From an uncultured Clostridia bacterium (GTDB lineage Bacteria; Bacillota; Clostridia; Christensenellales; DTU072), in contig CALVTP010000003.1 in the NCBI GenBank assembly GCA_944362765.1, forward strand, positions 1,711 through 65,710: DNA of 64,000 nucleotides. Reading direction: 5' to 3'. Of this stretch, positions 18,286-29,633 are shown one piece after another; within the stretch, counting starts at the first letter, position 1, and each line of letters starts with the position of its first letter. The notes beneath the pieces were generated by a model. That model ran no database searches, was not told the DNA's origin, and worked only from the letters and a program-made list of their open reading frames with translations. The position numbers and the translations under genes were made by a program.

Positions 18286-19923
18286 TCAGAGCTCTTCCTC
18301 TGCGGCAGGGGTGACGACGACCGTCTTATAGTCGGTGTAGGTGACCCTGACGCCCTTTAATCGCCTGACCCTTTTTCTCGGAGTGTAGTCGACTTCGACT
18401 TTCGGTGACTCGCGGTTCTCCGAAAAGCGCGCCACTATCGAAGCAGCCTTCGATATCACTTCTTCGGGAACGTCGCTCCCGTTGGTCACGATGAGTCCGT
18501 GCCCGCCGTGAAAGTTTTTGGCATGCAGCCAGATATCCTCTCCGGAGGCGAGTTCGAAAGTCACCTTTTCGTTTTGAACGGAGTTCCTTCCGACGTATAT
18601 CGTAAAGCCCATAAAGTCGGTGCGGTAGGGCGGAGTTTTTTTCGGGGTGCGCGCCTTTTTCGAAGTCGTCGGACGCTTTCCCGAAAGCGATAAAATCTCC
18701 TCCTCGATTTCTTTGAACTCCGCTTCCGTCCTGCAATTTCTTATATAAGTTTTCAGTTCTTTGACGGAGTCGGAAAGCAATAACGACCGCTCCAGATCCT
18801 CTTTTGCAAAGCGTTCGGCACCTTTTGCTTTGGAATATAATTTAAAGTACCTTTCTATATTCTTTTTTGGAGAATAGGTGGGATTTAACGCAATTTCTAT
18901 TTCACGATTATTATAAAAATCGTCACATTTTATAATACTCATACCTTTCTCCAAGCGGTGAAAATTGCATTTCAATATCTCTCCCGCCTCAAGATACCTT
19001 TCTTTTGTTCCTGCCGAGGCGAGCACCCGCTCGTCCTCTTCTATATGACGCTTCACCTTTTTTTCGAGCGAGGATAAAAGCTTCTCCGAGGTTCTCCGGC
19101 GGCGTGCGGTCTCCTTTTCCAGAACGGCTTTCCCGCGTGAAAAATCGATGGCTTCCGAAAGGGCGGAGAACTCCTTTACCTCGTTATCTCCGAAGTACTT
19201 ACAGGCGTAGAAACCGTTCGGTGAGCCGGGTACCGCGACGGGGGAAAACGCCTCCGATGAATATATGTCATCCATTCTTTTCAATGCCTTATCCGCACCG
19301 ATTGTCTCCTTTAGATGTATCAGCTCTTTTGCCGATTCCTTCGAAAGTCCGTTAAGCTTGGAATAAACCTCTTCCGCAGTCACTTTGTTTTCGAGCACTT
19401 CCCGCGCTTCGGGCGCAGACAATAAAATTTTTCCGCGCGCCGGCGGGACATATTCCGCGCCGGGGTAGACGGGACGGGAATTTTCGTTTATTATCCTTTT
19501 TACGGAGTCGGTTATCTTTCCTTCCGAGGTCAGTATGAGATTTGACGCACCGCCCATTATCTCGGCGTACAGAAGGTATTTTTTTGCGTCGTTTAATTCA
19601 TTTTTGCTTAAAATCGCTATTTTTATTATCCTGTCTTCGTTTTCAATCGAAAAACCTTCTATAATCCCGCCGAGGATGTGTTTTCTTAAAGCCATCGTGA
19701 AGTTGTCGGGAACTTCGGTTGCCGGGTGCGTCCGGCGGGTAAGATATACTCCGGCGATATCGGACTTTGCCGACAGGAAGAGGGTGTGATTGGCACCGCG
19801 CGCACGTATAGTAAACAGATAAGTGTCGTTTCCGATGGAAGCGATGCGGTTTATCCGCCCGGAGTTCAGCTCCTCCGACAGTTCGCGGCTTAACGCCTTC
19901 AAAGTTATCATATCGTTAGGCAT
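18286..19923 (-). CDS. rqcH: Ribosome quality control NFACT/FbpA-family protein
   Basis: FTMALRKHILGG, YAEIMG, VGRNSVQNE, DIWLHAK, VDYT. Confidence 0.9.
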   Translation of the reverse strand: MPNDMITLKALSRELSEELNSGRINRIASIGNDTYLFTIRARGANHTLFLSAKSDIAGVYLTRRTHPATEVPDNFTMALRKHILGGIIEGFSIENEDRIIKIAILSKNELNDAKKYLLYAEIMGGASNLILTSEGKITDSVKRIINENSRPVYPGAEYVPPARGKILLSAPEAREVLENKVTAEEVYSKLNGLSKESAKELIHLKETIGADKALKRMDDIYSSEAFSPVAVPGSPNGFYACKYFGDNEVKEFSALSEAIDFSRGKAVLEKETARRRRTSEKLLSSLEKKVKRHIEEDERVLASAGTKERYLEAGEILKCNFHRLEKGMSIIKCDDFYNNREIEIALNPTYSPKKNIERYFKLYSKAKGAERFAKEDLERSLLLSDSVKELKTYIRNCRTEAEFKEIEEEILSLSGKRPTTSKKARTPKKTPPYRTDFMGFTIYVGRNSVQNEKVTFELASGEDIWLHAKNFHGGHGLIVTNGSDVPEEVISKAASIVARFSENRESPKVEVDYTPRKRVRRLKGVRVTYTDYKTVVVTPAAEEEL

Positions 19924-19929
19924 ACTTTG

Positions 19930-19958
19930 ATTATAGCCTAATTTTTGTCGGAGTTCAA
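19930..19958 (-). promoter_or_regulatory. sigmaA promoter (TTGAAC-17-TATAAT), 6 nt before the rqcH ATG
   Basis: Minus strand reads ttgaac tccgacaaaaattaggc tataat caaagt ATG. Confidence 0.7.
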
Positions 19959-20291
19959 CCGCTTTCGGGGTTCGGATGGCGTAACTTTCCCGAAAAGACT
20001 CTTTCCGCCCTTATACAATCTTCAAAACGTGCGATTCCGGGGCGGAAAGAGGGAAAAATTTCTCTTTCCGACGTTTTGAATCGGTTTTTTTCGGATATTG
20101 TCGAAAACGCTCCGAAAATATTCCCGACCTTCTTTTCCGTTCCGAAACCGGCAGACATCATAAAAATTAATTAATATAAAATATTTTATTTTTATATATA
20201 TATTCTATTGATTTAATTTTTGCGCTGTGATAATATAAGCAGGCACGAAAAATTATTCCACCGAAAAATTCAACTCACGGAGGCTAAAAAT

Positions 20292-21581
20292 ATGGAATAT
20301 TCAATACAGAAACTCGACAACTCCAAAGTCGAAATCGCCGTAAGTCTCGACAAAGAGGAATGGCAGGGCTACGTCAAAAAGGCGTACGACAAGACCAAAC
20401 ATCAATTTGCGATAGAAGGATTCCGCAAAGGGAAAGTGCCGTACAACGTCATCTGCAAGCGTTACGGCGAGGAGATATTCTACGAAGACGCCATGGAAAT
20501 CGCCATCGGCGAACGCTACGAAGAGATAGTCGGAAAAGAAAAGCTCGACGTCGTCTCTTCTCCCGAGGTCTCGCTGACTTCCGTTGACGTCGACCATCTG
20601 AAATTCACCGCTACCGTCACCGTTTATCCCGAATTCGAACTCGGCAAATACACGGGACTCGACATCAAAAAGTCCGAGGTGAAGGAAGTTACCGAGGAAG
20701 ACGTCAGGCGCGTCATCGATTCCGATCTCAACGCCGCTGCACGCTTTGTCGACATTACCGACCGCGCCGCCGCATCGGGCGATATGGTCACTATCGACTA
20801 CTCGGGCTCCGTTGACGGCGAAAAGTTCGAAGGCGGCACCGCCGAGAAGTACTCGCTGACCCTCGGTTCCGGCACCTTTATCCCCGGCTTCGAAGATCAG
20901 GTTATCGGTCATAAGATCGGCGAGAATTTCGACGTCAAAGTGAAATTCCCGGATGATTATCATGCGGAAAATCTGAAAGGTAAAGACGCCGTGTTCAGCT
21001 GCCTCATCCACGAGATCAAGGTCAAGGAGCTCCCCGCCGAAGACGACGAGTTCGCAAAGGATCTCGGCGAATTCGACACCTTCGAGGAATATAAAAACGG
21101 CATAAAGGAAAGACTTAAAGCCGACGAACTCAAAAAAGCCGAGACCGCCGAAAACGACGCTTTAATCGAAGCCGTCGTCAAAGCCACCGAGCTGAAAGTC
21201 CCCGACGCCATGATAGACGACGAAGTTACCAGGAACTTAGAGGACATGAAGCACAGCATGTCGATGTACGGTTTGAAGTTCGAAGATTATCTGCAATACA
21301 CCTCGACTACGGAGGAGAAAATCCGCGAGGATATCCGTCCGAGAGCAGAAAACGAAGTCAAAACGGGCATGATAATGAACGCCATTATCACCAAGGAAAA
21401 GCTCGTCCCCACTCCCGAGGAGCTCAAAGCCGAGCTCAAAAAGCGCGCGGGAGCGGCGGAAGACGCCAAGGAAGAGGATTACATGAAGGATGTCAACGAG
21501 TACGAACTGAACTCTTTGATGCAGAGAATGACCTTCGATAAGCTTATTGCCTTCCTGAGGGCGAACAACAACATCGCCTGA
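20292..21581 (+). CDS. tig: Trigger factor
   Basis: IEGFRKGKVP; FKBP domain (FEGG, FIPGFEDQ). GGAGG RBS before ATG 20292. Confidence 0.97.
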   Translation: MEYSIQKLDNSKVEIAVSLDKEEWQGYVKKAYDKTKHQFAIEGFRKGKVPYNVICKRYGEEIFYEDAMEIAIGERYEEIVGKEKLDVVSSPEVSLTSVDVDHLKFTATVTVYPEFELGKYTGLDIKKSEVKEVTEEDVRRVIDSDLNAAARFVDITDRAAASGDMVTIDYSGSVDGEKFEGGTAEKYSLTLGSGTFIPGFEDQVIGHKIGENFDVKVKFPDDYHAENLKGKDAVFSCLIHEIKVKELPAEDDEFAKDLGEFDTFEEYKNGIKERLKADELKKAETAENDALIEAVVKATELKVPDAMIDDEVTRNLEDMKHSMSMYGLKFEDYLQYTSTTEEKIREDIRPRAENEVKTGMIMNAIITKEKLVPTPEELKAELKKRAGAAEDAKEEDYMKDVNEYELNSLMQRMTFDKLIAFLRANNNIA

Positions 21582-21785
21582 GAGAAAAGGGAGTTGCGGC
21601 TTAAAACCAATTCCGAAGCGCTTCGGATATTCCGACCTCGTCGGGGTATCCGGGGCGTCAACGCTTTTTAAAGCATAAAACCAATAAAAAACCGGACTTT
21701 CGGCGGGAATGTCTTTGGAAGACGACGAAAAAGGAAGACTTCCGACACATTTCTGCCGTCGCCTTTCGGGCGAAAAGGAGAGTAT

Positions 21786-22391
21786 ATGGAAACCATAAAA
21801 TCGGTAATGATGCCCATACCTACCGTCATAGAAAACACCAACCGCGGTTCCACCGCGTACGATCTTTATTCGAGGCTGCTTGAAGACAGGATCGTCTTTT
21901 TGACGGGCGTCATCGACGACGCCACAGCCAATCTCGTCGTGGGACAGCTTCTGTACCTCGAAACCAAAGATCCCGATAAGGATATTTCGTTGTATATCAA
22001 CTCCCCCGGGGGCTCGGTGACGGCGGGAATGGCTATTTTCGACACCATGAATTATATAAAGTGCGACGTTTCGACGATCTGTGTCGGCATGGCGGCTTCG
22101 ATGGGAGCCTTCCTGCTCGCGGCGGGCACGAAAGGGAAGCGGATCTGCCTTCCCAACTCCGAAGTCATGATCCACCAGCCTCTCGGCGGGGCGCAGGGGC
22201 AGGCTTCCGACATAAAAATCGTCGCCGATCACATACTTAAAACGCGCGAAAAGCTGAACAGATTTTTGGCTGAAGCTACAGGTAAGAGCGTCGAAGAGAT
22301 AGCCCGCGACACCGACAGGGACAACTACATGTCCGCCGAGGAAGCCAAGGAATACGGGCTGGTCGACGTCGTTTATACCACTCGCGAATAA
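21786..22391 (+). CDS. clpP: ATP-dependent Clp protease proteolytic subunit
   Basis: [21 protein letters not shown]. Confidence 0.98.
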   Translation: METIKSVMMPIPTVIENTNRGSTAYDLYSRLLEDRIVFLTGVIDDATANLVVGQLLYLETKDPDKDISLYINSPGGSVTAGMAIFDTMNYIKCDVSTICVGMAASMGAFLLAAGTKGKRICLPNSEVMIHQPLGGAQGQASDIKIVADHILKTREKLNRFLAEATGKSVEEIARDTDRDNYMSAEEAKEYGLVDVVYTTRE

Positions 22392-22401
22392 AAGGAGTAA
22401 T

Positions 22402-23646
22402 ATGGCTGAATTCAAACCAATCCGCTGCAATTTTTGCGGAAGATCGGAATACGAAGTAGCGGCTGTTTTCGCAGGTCAGGGCGGAGCGTATATCTGCTCG
22501 GACTGCATAAAGCGTTTAGGCGCGGAGCAAAAGCGGCTGGAAAAGGATGTGCTTAAAAGCGACGAAGGCTTCGAAGAGGTGCCTAAACCTACCGCGATAA
22601 AAGCCGGGCTCGACAAATATATCGTCGGGCAGGAGGACGCCAAGCGCATTCTGTCCGTTGCCGTCTACAACCACTATAAGCGCCTCAAATGCGCTCCGGG
22701 AGACTCCGTCAGGTTGGAAAAGTCGAATATTCTGATGCTGGGTCCCACCGGCTCGGGTAAGACTCTCCTTGCAAAGACTCTGGCGGATATCATCAACGTA
22801 CCTTTCGCCATTGCCGACGCCACCACGCTGACGGAAGCGGGTTATGTCGGAGAGGACGTCGAAAACGTGCTGCTGAAACTCATCAGGGCGGCGGATAACG
22901 ACATTCAGAAAGCCGAGCGCGGTATCATCTATATCGACGAGATCGACAAGATCTGCCGTAAGTCCGAAAACATGTCGATAACCCGAGACGTCTCCGGAGA
23001 GGGGGTGCAGCAGGCGCTTTTGAAGATAATAGAGTCCACCGTCGCTTCCGTCCCGCCCACCGGCGGCAGAAAGCACCCTTATCAGGAGTGTATCCAGATA
23101 GACACCACCAATATATTGTTTATCTGCGGCGGAGCTTTTGTGGGGCTCGACAAAATCGTCGAGAAGCGTAAGGACGCATCCTCCATAGGCTTTACCGGGG
23201 CGTTGAAGAAGGGAGATGAAAGCTATTCGGAGTCCCTCAGGGAATTGCAGCCCGACGACCTTATAAAGTACGGACTGATCCCCGAATTCGTCGGCAGAGT
23301 GCCGATAGTCGCCACTCTTGACCCGCTCGATAAGGAGGCATTGATTAAAATCCTGACAGAGCCCGAAAACGCTCTTATCAGACAATATGAAAAGCTTTTC
23401 GAAATGGACGGCATGCGTTTAAGGTTCACCGACGCCGCGATAGAGGCTGTTGCCGAAAGGGCGATACTGCTGAAAACGGGGGCGAGAGGGCTGAGAACCG
23501 TCATCGAAAACGCTATGAAGAATATCATGTTCGAACTTCCCGATAAGGCGTCCGAAATCGAAGAGGTGACGATTACCGAGCTTACGATAACCAAAGGGCA
23601 GGAGCCCGAAATAACTTACCGAAGATCGGGTGCCCAAGGGGCGTAA
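22402..23646 (+). CDS. clpX: Clp protease ATP-binding subunit ClpX
   Basis: C4 zinc finger, [16 protein letters not shown] loop, GARGLR. Confidence 0.98.
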   Translation: MAEFKPIRCNFCGRSEYEVAAVFAGQGGAYICSDCIKRLGAEQKRLEKDVLKSDEGFEEVPKPTAIKAGLDKYIVGQEDAKRILSVAVYNHYKRLKCAPGDSVRLEKSNILMLGPTGSGKTLLAKTLADIINVPFAIADATTLTEAGYVGEDVENVLLKLIRAADNDIQKAERGIIYIDEIDKICRKSENMSITRDVSGEGVQQALLKIIESTVASVPPTGGRKHPYQECIQIDTTNILFICGGAFVGLDKIVEKRKDASSIGFTGALKKGDESYSESLRELQPDDLIKYGLIPEFVGRVPIVATLDPLDKEALIKILTEPENALIRQYEKLFEMDGMRLRFTDAAIEAVAERAILLKTGARGLRTVIENAMKNIMFELPDKASEIEEVTITELTITKGQEPEITYRRSGAQGA

Positions 23647-23702
23647 AGCCCTTTACGGGTGACGATCGGGGTGAAAAATTTGAGATCGAAAGAGGACGAA
23701 AC

Positions 23703-26012
23703 ATGGACGATTTAAAAGTTATTGCGATAGCCGTGCAGGATCCTGTTTTTCCGGGTGAGTCGGGTAAAAAGGAGTTAGACCCCGAATACATCCCGGGAAC
23801 GGAGGAGGCGCTGAAAACCAATCAAAGGGTTGCAGCGGTTGCCGTCAGCGACATACGCAGAAGGATAAAAAAAGGCGATCTTTGCACGATTGCCGAGATA
23901 CAACAATTTTTGAAGCTTTCGGGGGATCCGAAGTGCGTGGTGTTGTTTAACGCCTCGGGTCAGCGTTACCGCGTCGAAAGCGTCGAATTTTCGAAGGGCG
24001 TTTACAGAGTGGGGTTGAAACCGGTGCGCTTTACGGGGCTGAAGGCGGAAGAAGTCTCCGCGCTGTACGAAAGACTCTATATGATCTATATGACGTACAG
24101 GCATTTTACCGCCGAACCCGCAAAGGACGGCGAACCCGCTCCGACCGATAATGACATATTCGCCCCGCCTCCGGTAACGCCCGCCGCTATCAACGGCAGC
24201 ATAGACCGGCTTGCTCCCTTACTGCATTTTACCGATACCGATCCGCTGTACTTCGAACTCGACACCTCGAAGCGCATTCTCGCTGCGATACGCTGCCTTG
24301 CGGACGAAATCGAGATGATAAAGGTGGAAGAGAAGGTGATGGGAGAAGTGCAGGCGGCAATGGACGACAACCAGCGCGACTTCTACATCCGCGAACAGAT
24401 AAAGGCGCTTTCAAAAGAAATAGACGAAGAGGACGAAGCCGATACATACCTTGAAAAGATAGACGCACTGAAAACTTCGGAGGAGAACAAGGAAAAGTTC
24501 CGCCGCGAAGTCAGGCGTCTGAACCGTACGGCGGCAGCCTCTCCCGACATGGCGCTCATTAAAAACTACCTCGATACCGTCATAGAGCTCCCCTGGGGGA
24601 TTTATACCGATGACAACGAGGATCTGAAAGAAGCCGAAAGGGTGTTGAACGAAGATCACTACGGGCTCGAAAAGGTAAAGGAGCGGCTTATCGAAGCTCT
24701 TGCCGTCAGAAAACTTTCCAAAGAGGGAAGAAGCCCGATAATCTGCCTTGTCGGTCCTCCCGGAGTGGGTAAAACCTCGATAGCTTCTTCTATAGCGAGG
24801 GCGATGAACAAAAAGTTCGTCCGCCTCTCTCTGGGCGGTATACGCGACGAAGCCGAGATCCGCGGGCACAGAAAGACCTATGTCGGAGCAATGCCCGGAC
24901 GCATAATAAACTCCGTTATGCAGGCAGGCAGCATGAACCCCGTCTTCCTGATGGATGAAATCGATAAAATGGCGGCGGATTACAAGGGCGACCCCGCAAG
25001 CGCGCTGCTGGAAGTGTTGGATCCCGAACAGAACGTCGGCTTCCGCGACCACTTCATAGAAGTGCCGTTCGACCTGTCGAAAGTGCTCTTCATCACCACC
25101 GCAAACACGTTGGATCCCATCTCCAGACCGCTTCTTGACAGAATGGAAGTCATCGAGCTGGACGGCTATACCGACGTGGAAAAGCTGGAAATCGCCAAAC
25201 GTTACCTTGTCAAAAAAGCTTTGAAACAGAACGGAGTCGCTCCCGACTGGGTGGAGTTCACCGATGACGCCATTACCGAAATCATTCACGAATATACCCG
25301 CGAATCGGGAGTGAGGGCGCTCGAAAAGAACATCAATTCCGTAGTCAGAAAGGTGGCAAAGCGCTTTGTCGAAGCTCCCGACTCCGAAAAAGTCCGAGTG
25401 ACCTCGGAAAATGTCTTTGAGTTTTTAGGCGAAGCCAAGTTTCCTTTCTCCTCGAAGCTGCGCCGTGATGAGACGGGCGTCGTGACGGGGCTTGCCTGGA
25501 CGGCGACGGGAGGGGATACGCTGGAAGTCGAAGTTGCCGTCACCCGCGGAAAAGGCGAAACTCTTCTTACCGGAAACCTCGGCAACGTCATGAAGGAATC
25601 CGCCAAGATCGCGATAAGTTACTGCCGCGCTTTCGGAAAGGAGTGGGGAATACCGGAGGATTACTTCGATCGCCACGACATACATATACACGTTCCGGAA
25701 GGCGCCACTCCGAAAGACGGACCCAGCGCCGGAATCACCATCGTCACCGCCGTCTGCTCCGCAGTCACGGGAAAACCGGTAAAAGGGGATGTCGCGATGA
25801 CGGGAGAGCTGACTTTGCGCGGCAAAGTGCTTCCGATAGGCGGCTTGAAGGAAAAGTCGCTTGCGGCGCTGAGAGACGGCATAAAGACAATATTCCTTCC
25901 CGAGGAAAACCGTCGCGATTATAAGGAACTCCCGGGAGCCGTCAAGGACAAAATCGATTTCCGGTTTGTCGGGAATGTAGGATCCGTTTTGAAAAACGCG
26001 ATAGTTTGGTAA
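23703..26012 (+). CDS. lon: Lon protease
   Basis: GPPGVGKTS, EIRGHRKTYVGAMPG, PKDGPSAG, IGGLKEK. Confidence 0.97.
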   Translation: MDDLKVIAIAVQDPVFPGESGKKELDPEYIPGTEEALKTNQRVAAVAVSDIRRRIKKGDLCTIAEIQQFLKLSGDPKCVVLFNASGQRYRVESVEFSKGVYRVGLKPVRFTGLKAEEVSALYERLYMIYMTYRHFTAEPAKDGEPAPTDNDIFAPPPVTPAAINGSIDRLAPLLHFTDTDPLYFELDTSKRILAAIRCLADEIEMIKVEEKVMGEVQAAMDDNQRDFYIREQIKALSKEIDEEDEADTYLEKIDALKTSEENKEKFRREVRRLNRTAAASPDMALIKNYLDTVIELPWGIYTDDNEDLKEAERVLNEDHYGLEKVKERLIEALAVRKLSKEGRSPIICLVGPPGVGKTSIASSIARAMNKKFVRLSLGGIRDEAEIRGHRKTYVGAMPGRIINSVMQAGSMNPVFLMDEIDKMAADYKGDPASALLEVLDPEQNVGFRDHFIEVPFDLSKVLFITTANTLDPISRPLLDRMEVIELDGYTDVEKLEIAKRYLVKKALKQNGVAPDWVEFTDDAITEIIHEYTRESGVRALEKNINSVVRKVAKRFVEAPDSEKVRVTSENVFEFLGEAKFPFSSKLRRDETGVVTGLAWTATGGDTLEVEVAVTRGKGETLLTGNLGNVMKESAKIAISYCRAFGKEWGIPEDYFDRHDIHIHVPEGATPKDGPSAGITIVTAVCSAVTGKPVKGDVAMTGELTLRGKVLPIGGLKEKSLAALRDGIKTIFLPEENRRDYKELPGAVKDKIDFRFVGNVGSVLKNAIVW

Positions 26013-26096
26013 ACCGTTTTCGGTCGCTCGGGAACCCTTTCACGGGCGCACCGTCTTCGATAACAAAAAATAAAGGGGAAACATAAGGGAGAAGCT

Positions 26097-26699
26097 ATGC
26101 CTATGAAAATCAAAAAAGCCGAATTTCTGTATTCAGCGGCAAGACCGGAGCAACTGAGGGAACCCGGAACTCCGGAGATAGCCGTCGCGGGGCGATCCAA
26201 CGTCGGAAAGTCCTCATTTATAAACTTCGTTACCGGGAACGGCAAACTTGCCAAGACGTCGAAGGAACCGGGACGGACGAGGCTCGTCAATTACTTTTAC
26301 ATAAACGGCGGCGAGTTTATGCTTGTCGATCTTCCGGGATACGGCTTTGCGAAGGTGTCGGACGAGGAAAAATTGAAGTGGGCAAAGCTCATCGAGGCAT
26401 ATTTTAAGTCGCCCGCCGCGCTGAGACACGTTTTTTTGCTCATCGATATCCGCCGCGACCCCTCCGACGGGGACGTCAGAATGCTGAACTATATGTATCA
26501 CTACACCATACCGTTTACGGTAATTTTGACGAAAGCCGATAAGATCTCGCGTTCGCAGGCGCTGGATCGCAGGAGGAAGATAGCTTCGGCGCTGAAAATA
26601 GGCGCAGACAATATAATTATTTCCTCTTCCTACGCAAGACAGGGCAAAGAGGACATTCTGACCCGCATAGACGAGATTCTGTCTATAGATATGAACTGA
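26097..26699 (+). CDS. engB: Ribosome biogenesis GTPase YihA/YsxC
   Basis: GRSNVGKSS, DLPGYG, TKADK; follows lon. Confidence 0.95.
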   Translation: MPMKIKKAEFLYSAARPEQLREPGTPEIAVAGRSNVGKSSFINFVTGNGKLAKTSKEPGRTRLVNYFYINGGEFMLVDLPGYGFAKVSDEEKLKWAKLIEAYFKSPAALRHVFLLIDIRRDPSDGDVRMLNYMYHYTIPFTVILTKADKISRSQALDRRRKIASALKIGADNIIISSSYARQGKEDILTRIDEILSIDMN

Positions 26700-26700
26700 T

Positions 26701-27402
26701 ATGAAGGTATTTGCCGTCTCCGATCCCCATCTTTCCTTTACCGCCGATAAGCCGATGTCGGTTTTCGGCGCTGTGTGGGAAAACCATTGGGACGCCATCG
26801 CCGCCGATTGGCTCGAAAAGGTGGGGGAAGAGGACGTCGTGCTCATTCCGGGGGACATTTCCTGGGCTATGACGGTGGAGGAAGCCAAAAGCGACCTCGA
26901 AACAATCGGCGCGATGCCCGGCAAGAAAATCTATGTGAAAGGCAATCACGACTATTGGTGGGGAAGCCTGACTAAGGTTCGCGAGGCGCTTCCCGAAGGG
27001 AGCTACTGCATCCAGAACGACGCTGTAAAATTCGGCTCCTATGTCTTTTGCGGTACCAGGGGGTGGGTAGTTCCGGAGCCGGGCTCGAAGCTCGCGCCCG
27101 AGGACGAAAAGATATTATTGAGAGAGGGATTGAGACTGGAACTCAGTCTGAAAGCCGCCGATAAGCTGAGGGCGGAGGGGGACGAGTTGATAGCGCTGAC
27201 GCACTTTCCTCCGTTCGACACCAGAAAAAGCTCCAACCGCTTTACCGAACTGTTCAAAAGCTACGGCGTCTCCAAAGTCGTTTACGGGCATCTTCACGGC
27301 TCCAGATGCCGCGCCGACCTTAAGGTTGTAAAAAACGGAGTGGAGTACTACCTCACCTCCTGCGATATCGTGAACAATAAATTGACGCTTATAGCGGAGT
27401 AG
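26701..27402 (+). CDS. Calcineurin-like metallophosphoesterase
   Basis: DPH, GDIS, KGNHD, YGHLH motifs. Confidence 0.9.
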   Translation: MKVFAVSDPHLSFTADKPMSVFGAVWENHWDAIAADWLEKVGEEDVVLIPGDISWAMTVEEAKSDLETIGAMPGKKIYVKGNHDYWWGSLTKVREALPEGSYCIQNDAVKFGSYVFCGTRGWVVPEPGSKLAPEDEKILLREGLRLELSLKAADKLRAEGDELIALTHFPPFDTRKSSNRFTELFKSYGVSKVVYGHLHGSRCRADLKVVKNGVEYYLTSCDIVNNKLTLIAE

Positions 27403-27580
27403 AGACCCCGTTTCGGGTTTACGTACAACCGTAAAAACGGCAAATTACCCAAGTATGATTGACCGAAAGTTATACCTATCATATCTTATTATAATATGGT
27501 AAATATATATACGCCGGGATGCCGTTCGGACGGCGTCGGGCGGCGTCGGTCGGCAAAGTACTTCGGATAAGGGTGTAGAA

Positions 27581-29122
27581 ATGACGAAGAAAGTTGCAAT
27601 TTCAATTCTGTTTATTTTTATTCTGGCGGTCTGTCCGGCGTTGTCGGCGTGCGTAGAGGAGCCGCCGCATATCGTTTCTGCCGAGCCCGACCCCGAATGC
27701 TGGACGAGCCGATACTATGTGGGCGACCCGTTCGATACTGAGAGCGGGTTTATCGTCACCTATTCCGACGGGAGTGTAAAAAAAGTCAAGGCTTCGGAAG
27801 GAACGGTGTCAGGCTTCGACTCCTCTTTTCCCGGGGAGAAGCCGCTGACGATTACATACGAAGGCTTTCTGTTTGAAGTGACGGTATCCGTTGTCGAATT
27901 GACCGAGGAGACCTTCCCCGAAATTCCCGCTCCGGCGGAGCCCGAAGAAGGAGAAATTCCCGAAGAGGAGGAAACTTCCCGACCCGCCCTCGGGCAAAGC
28001 GACGTCGCCGCGGCGCTCAATCGCCTTTTTGAACTCGCCGGGAGACCCGAAAACCTCGACATCGGCGCAATCGTCACTCCGAAATTTTATCAATTTTTAT
28101 CGGCAGCCGGCTGTGACAAGGAAACCTTCGACAACGCTTTTACGGCACTGTTTTCGGATGAGAAGTTTGTCGGACTCCTTGCGGGTGCCGCCGCCGAGTT
28201 CGATTTCGCCTCCGTCAACGGGGAGAATCTCAAAGACTTTGCCGCGGTACTCCTGAAAAACGCCGACGGCGAAAGCCTCGTAAAGCTGCTTTCCGCCGCA
28301 GGACAACTTTTTAAAAATTCCTTCTTCGACGGCGTTTCTTTGACGGAATTTGTCATACGTGAGGCGGTGATTGCGGGAAAAGGGGAGGAGGAGCTTGCCG
28401 CGGTCGAAGAATTTCTGAGCGGGAATAAGTACGTCTATTATATCGGAAGCGCCCTTAAAGAGGCTCTCGTTTCCTTCTTGAACTCCGAAAACGAGCCTGA
28501 ATCACCCGAAAATATTTTCGCAGTCGAATTTTTAAGGGACGTAACGCTGACGGCGCTGAACAAAAACGGCATGCAGCTTCTCAACCTCTTGTCGCTGGCA
28601 ATAGACGAAAAGGGGGAGGAGTACCAATTGGGGCTCGGGAAATATATGCACGACGACCTTCTTTCGGCACTCGGCGCACTGGGAAGGAGCGGTGAATGGC
28701 TTTCGGCGCTTGCCGGGGACAAACGCTTTGTTTTTGCGGTAAGGAAAGTGGTGCTTTCGATGGTCGAAGCGGGGTATATCACGCCGGAAGGGGAGTTCGA
28801 CGCGGCGGAATTTTCGGTTGACACCGCGGAACTCATTTACATCGCCGACTTCATTTTCAAATTGGCTTTAAAGGCGGAAGAGGGTATTCCGCAGGAGGCT
28901 TTGAGCAACCTCTCGCAGTGGATAATGCTTCCCTCCCTCGTAACGGAGGAAGTGCTGGACAAGAGTTTTAAAAAGCTTAACGCCTTCATCGACGACGTTT
29001 ACTCGGAACTTCCCGAGCCGCAACAAGAGGCAATAGTTTCCTTTCTCGCCGGTGAAAGTTACTATTCCGAAGGCTTTTCTTCAAAAACATTGGAAATTTT
29101 TTATAGAATAATCGAAGGATGA
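27581..29122 (+). CDS. Lipoprotein with an N-terminal bacterial Ig-like domain and an uncharacterised helical C-terminal region
   Basis: Lipobox LSAC; 'YYVGDPFD...VTYSDGS...GFDSSFPG'; Pro/Glu linker. Confidence 0.65.
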   Translation: MTKKVAISILFIFILAVCPALSACVEEPPHIVSAEPDPECWTSRYYVGDPFDTESGFIVTYSDGSVKKVKASEGTVSGFDSSFPGEKPLTITYEGFLFEVTVSVVELTEETFPEIPAPAEPEEGEIPEEEETSRPALGQSDVAAALNRLFELAGRPENLDIGAIVTPKFYQFLSAAGCDKETFDNAFTALFSDEKFVGLLAGAAAEFDFASVNGENLKDFAAVLLKNADGESLVKLLSAAGQLFKNSFFDGVSLTEFVIREAVIAGKGEEELAAVEEFLSGNKYVYYIGSALKEALVSFLNSENEPESPENIFAVEFLRDVTLTALNKNGMQLLNLLSLAIDEKGEEYQLGLGKYMHDDLLSALGALGRSGEWLSALAGDKRFVFAVRKVVLSMVEAGYITPEGEFDAAEFSVDTAELIYIADFIFKLALKAEEGIPQEALSNLSQWIMLPSLVTEEVLDKSFKKLNAFIDDVYSELPEPQQEAIVSFLAGESYYSEGFSSKTLEIFYRIIEG

Positions 29123-29309
29123 GCGCCTTAGGTTGGAGACGCCTTCGAAAGGTTTTTAATTTCTCTCCGGAAAATCACTGTTTTTATTGAAACACTTCAA
29201 ACCTATGGTATAATACAAGAGAGCCGTCCGTAAATTTCCGGCGAATGCCGCAGGCGTTTTTCGGGCTTTTATTGCTTTAATAGAAGTGACGGCGTGGAGA
29301 AGGGAAGAC

Positions 29310-29633
29310 ATGCTGAGAACGGAAAATGTCGTAAAAATATATGATCCGAAGCGCCCCGAAGTCAAGGCGCTTGCCGGAATAAGCCTGAACTTTCCCGAAA
29401 AGGGAATGGTTTTTGTGGTGGGAAAGTCGGGTTCGGGAAAGTCGACCCTTATGAATATTCTGGGGTGTCTGGACTCGCCGAGTTCGGGCGAAGTTTATAT
29501 CGACGGAAGAGCCGCTAAAGATAATAAAAGCCAAAGAGTAGCTTTGAGCGGTGCCTTTTATCTCGGAATTATTCGGCGTATGGCATATGAATTTCATTTT
29601 ATCGCCGCCTTTTTTAAGCCGCTTTTGAGGTGA
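29310..29633 (+). pseudogene. Truncated ABC transporter ATP-binding gene (LolD/MacB-like N-terminus only)
   Basis: Walker A GKSGSGKSTLMNILG. Similarity ends after ~70 aa; there is no signature motif or Walker B. Confidence 0.75.

Noticed and set aside
20099-20105. Perfect 0A box between rqcH and tig
   Set aside because: A 7-mer is expected several times by chance in 64 kb, and neither gene is an obvious target.
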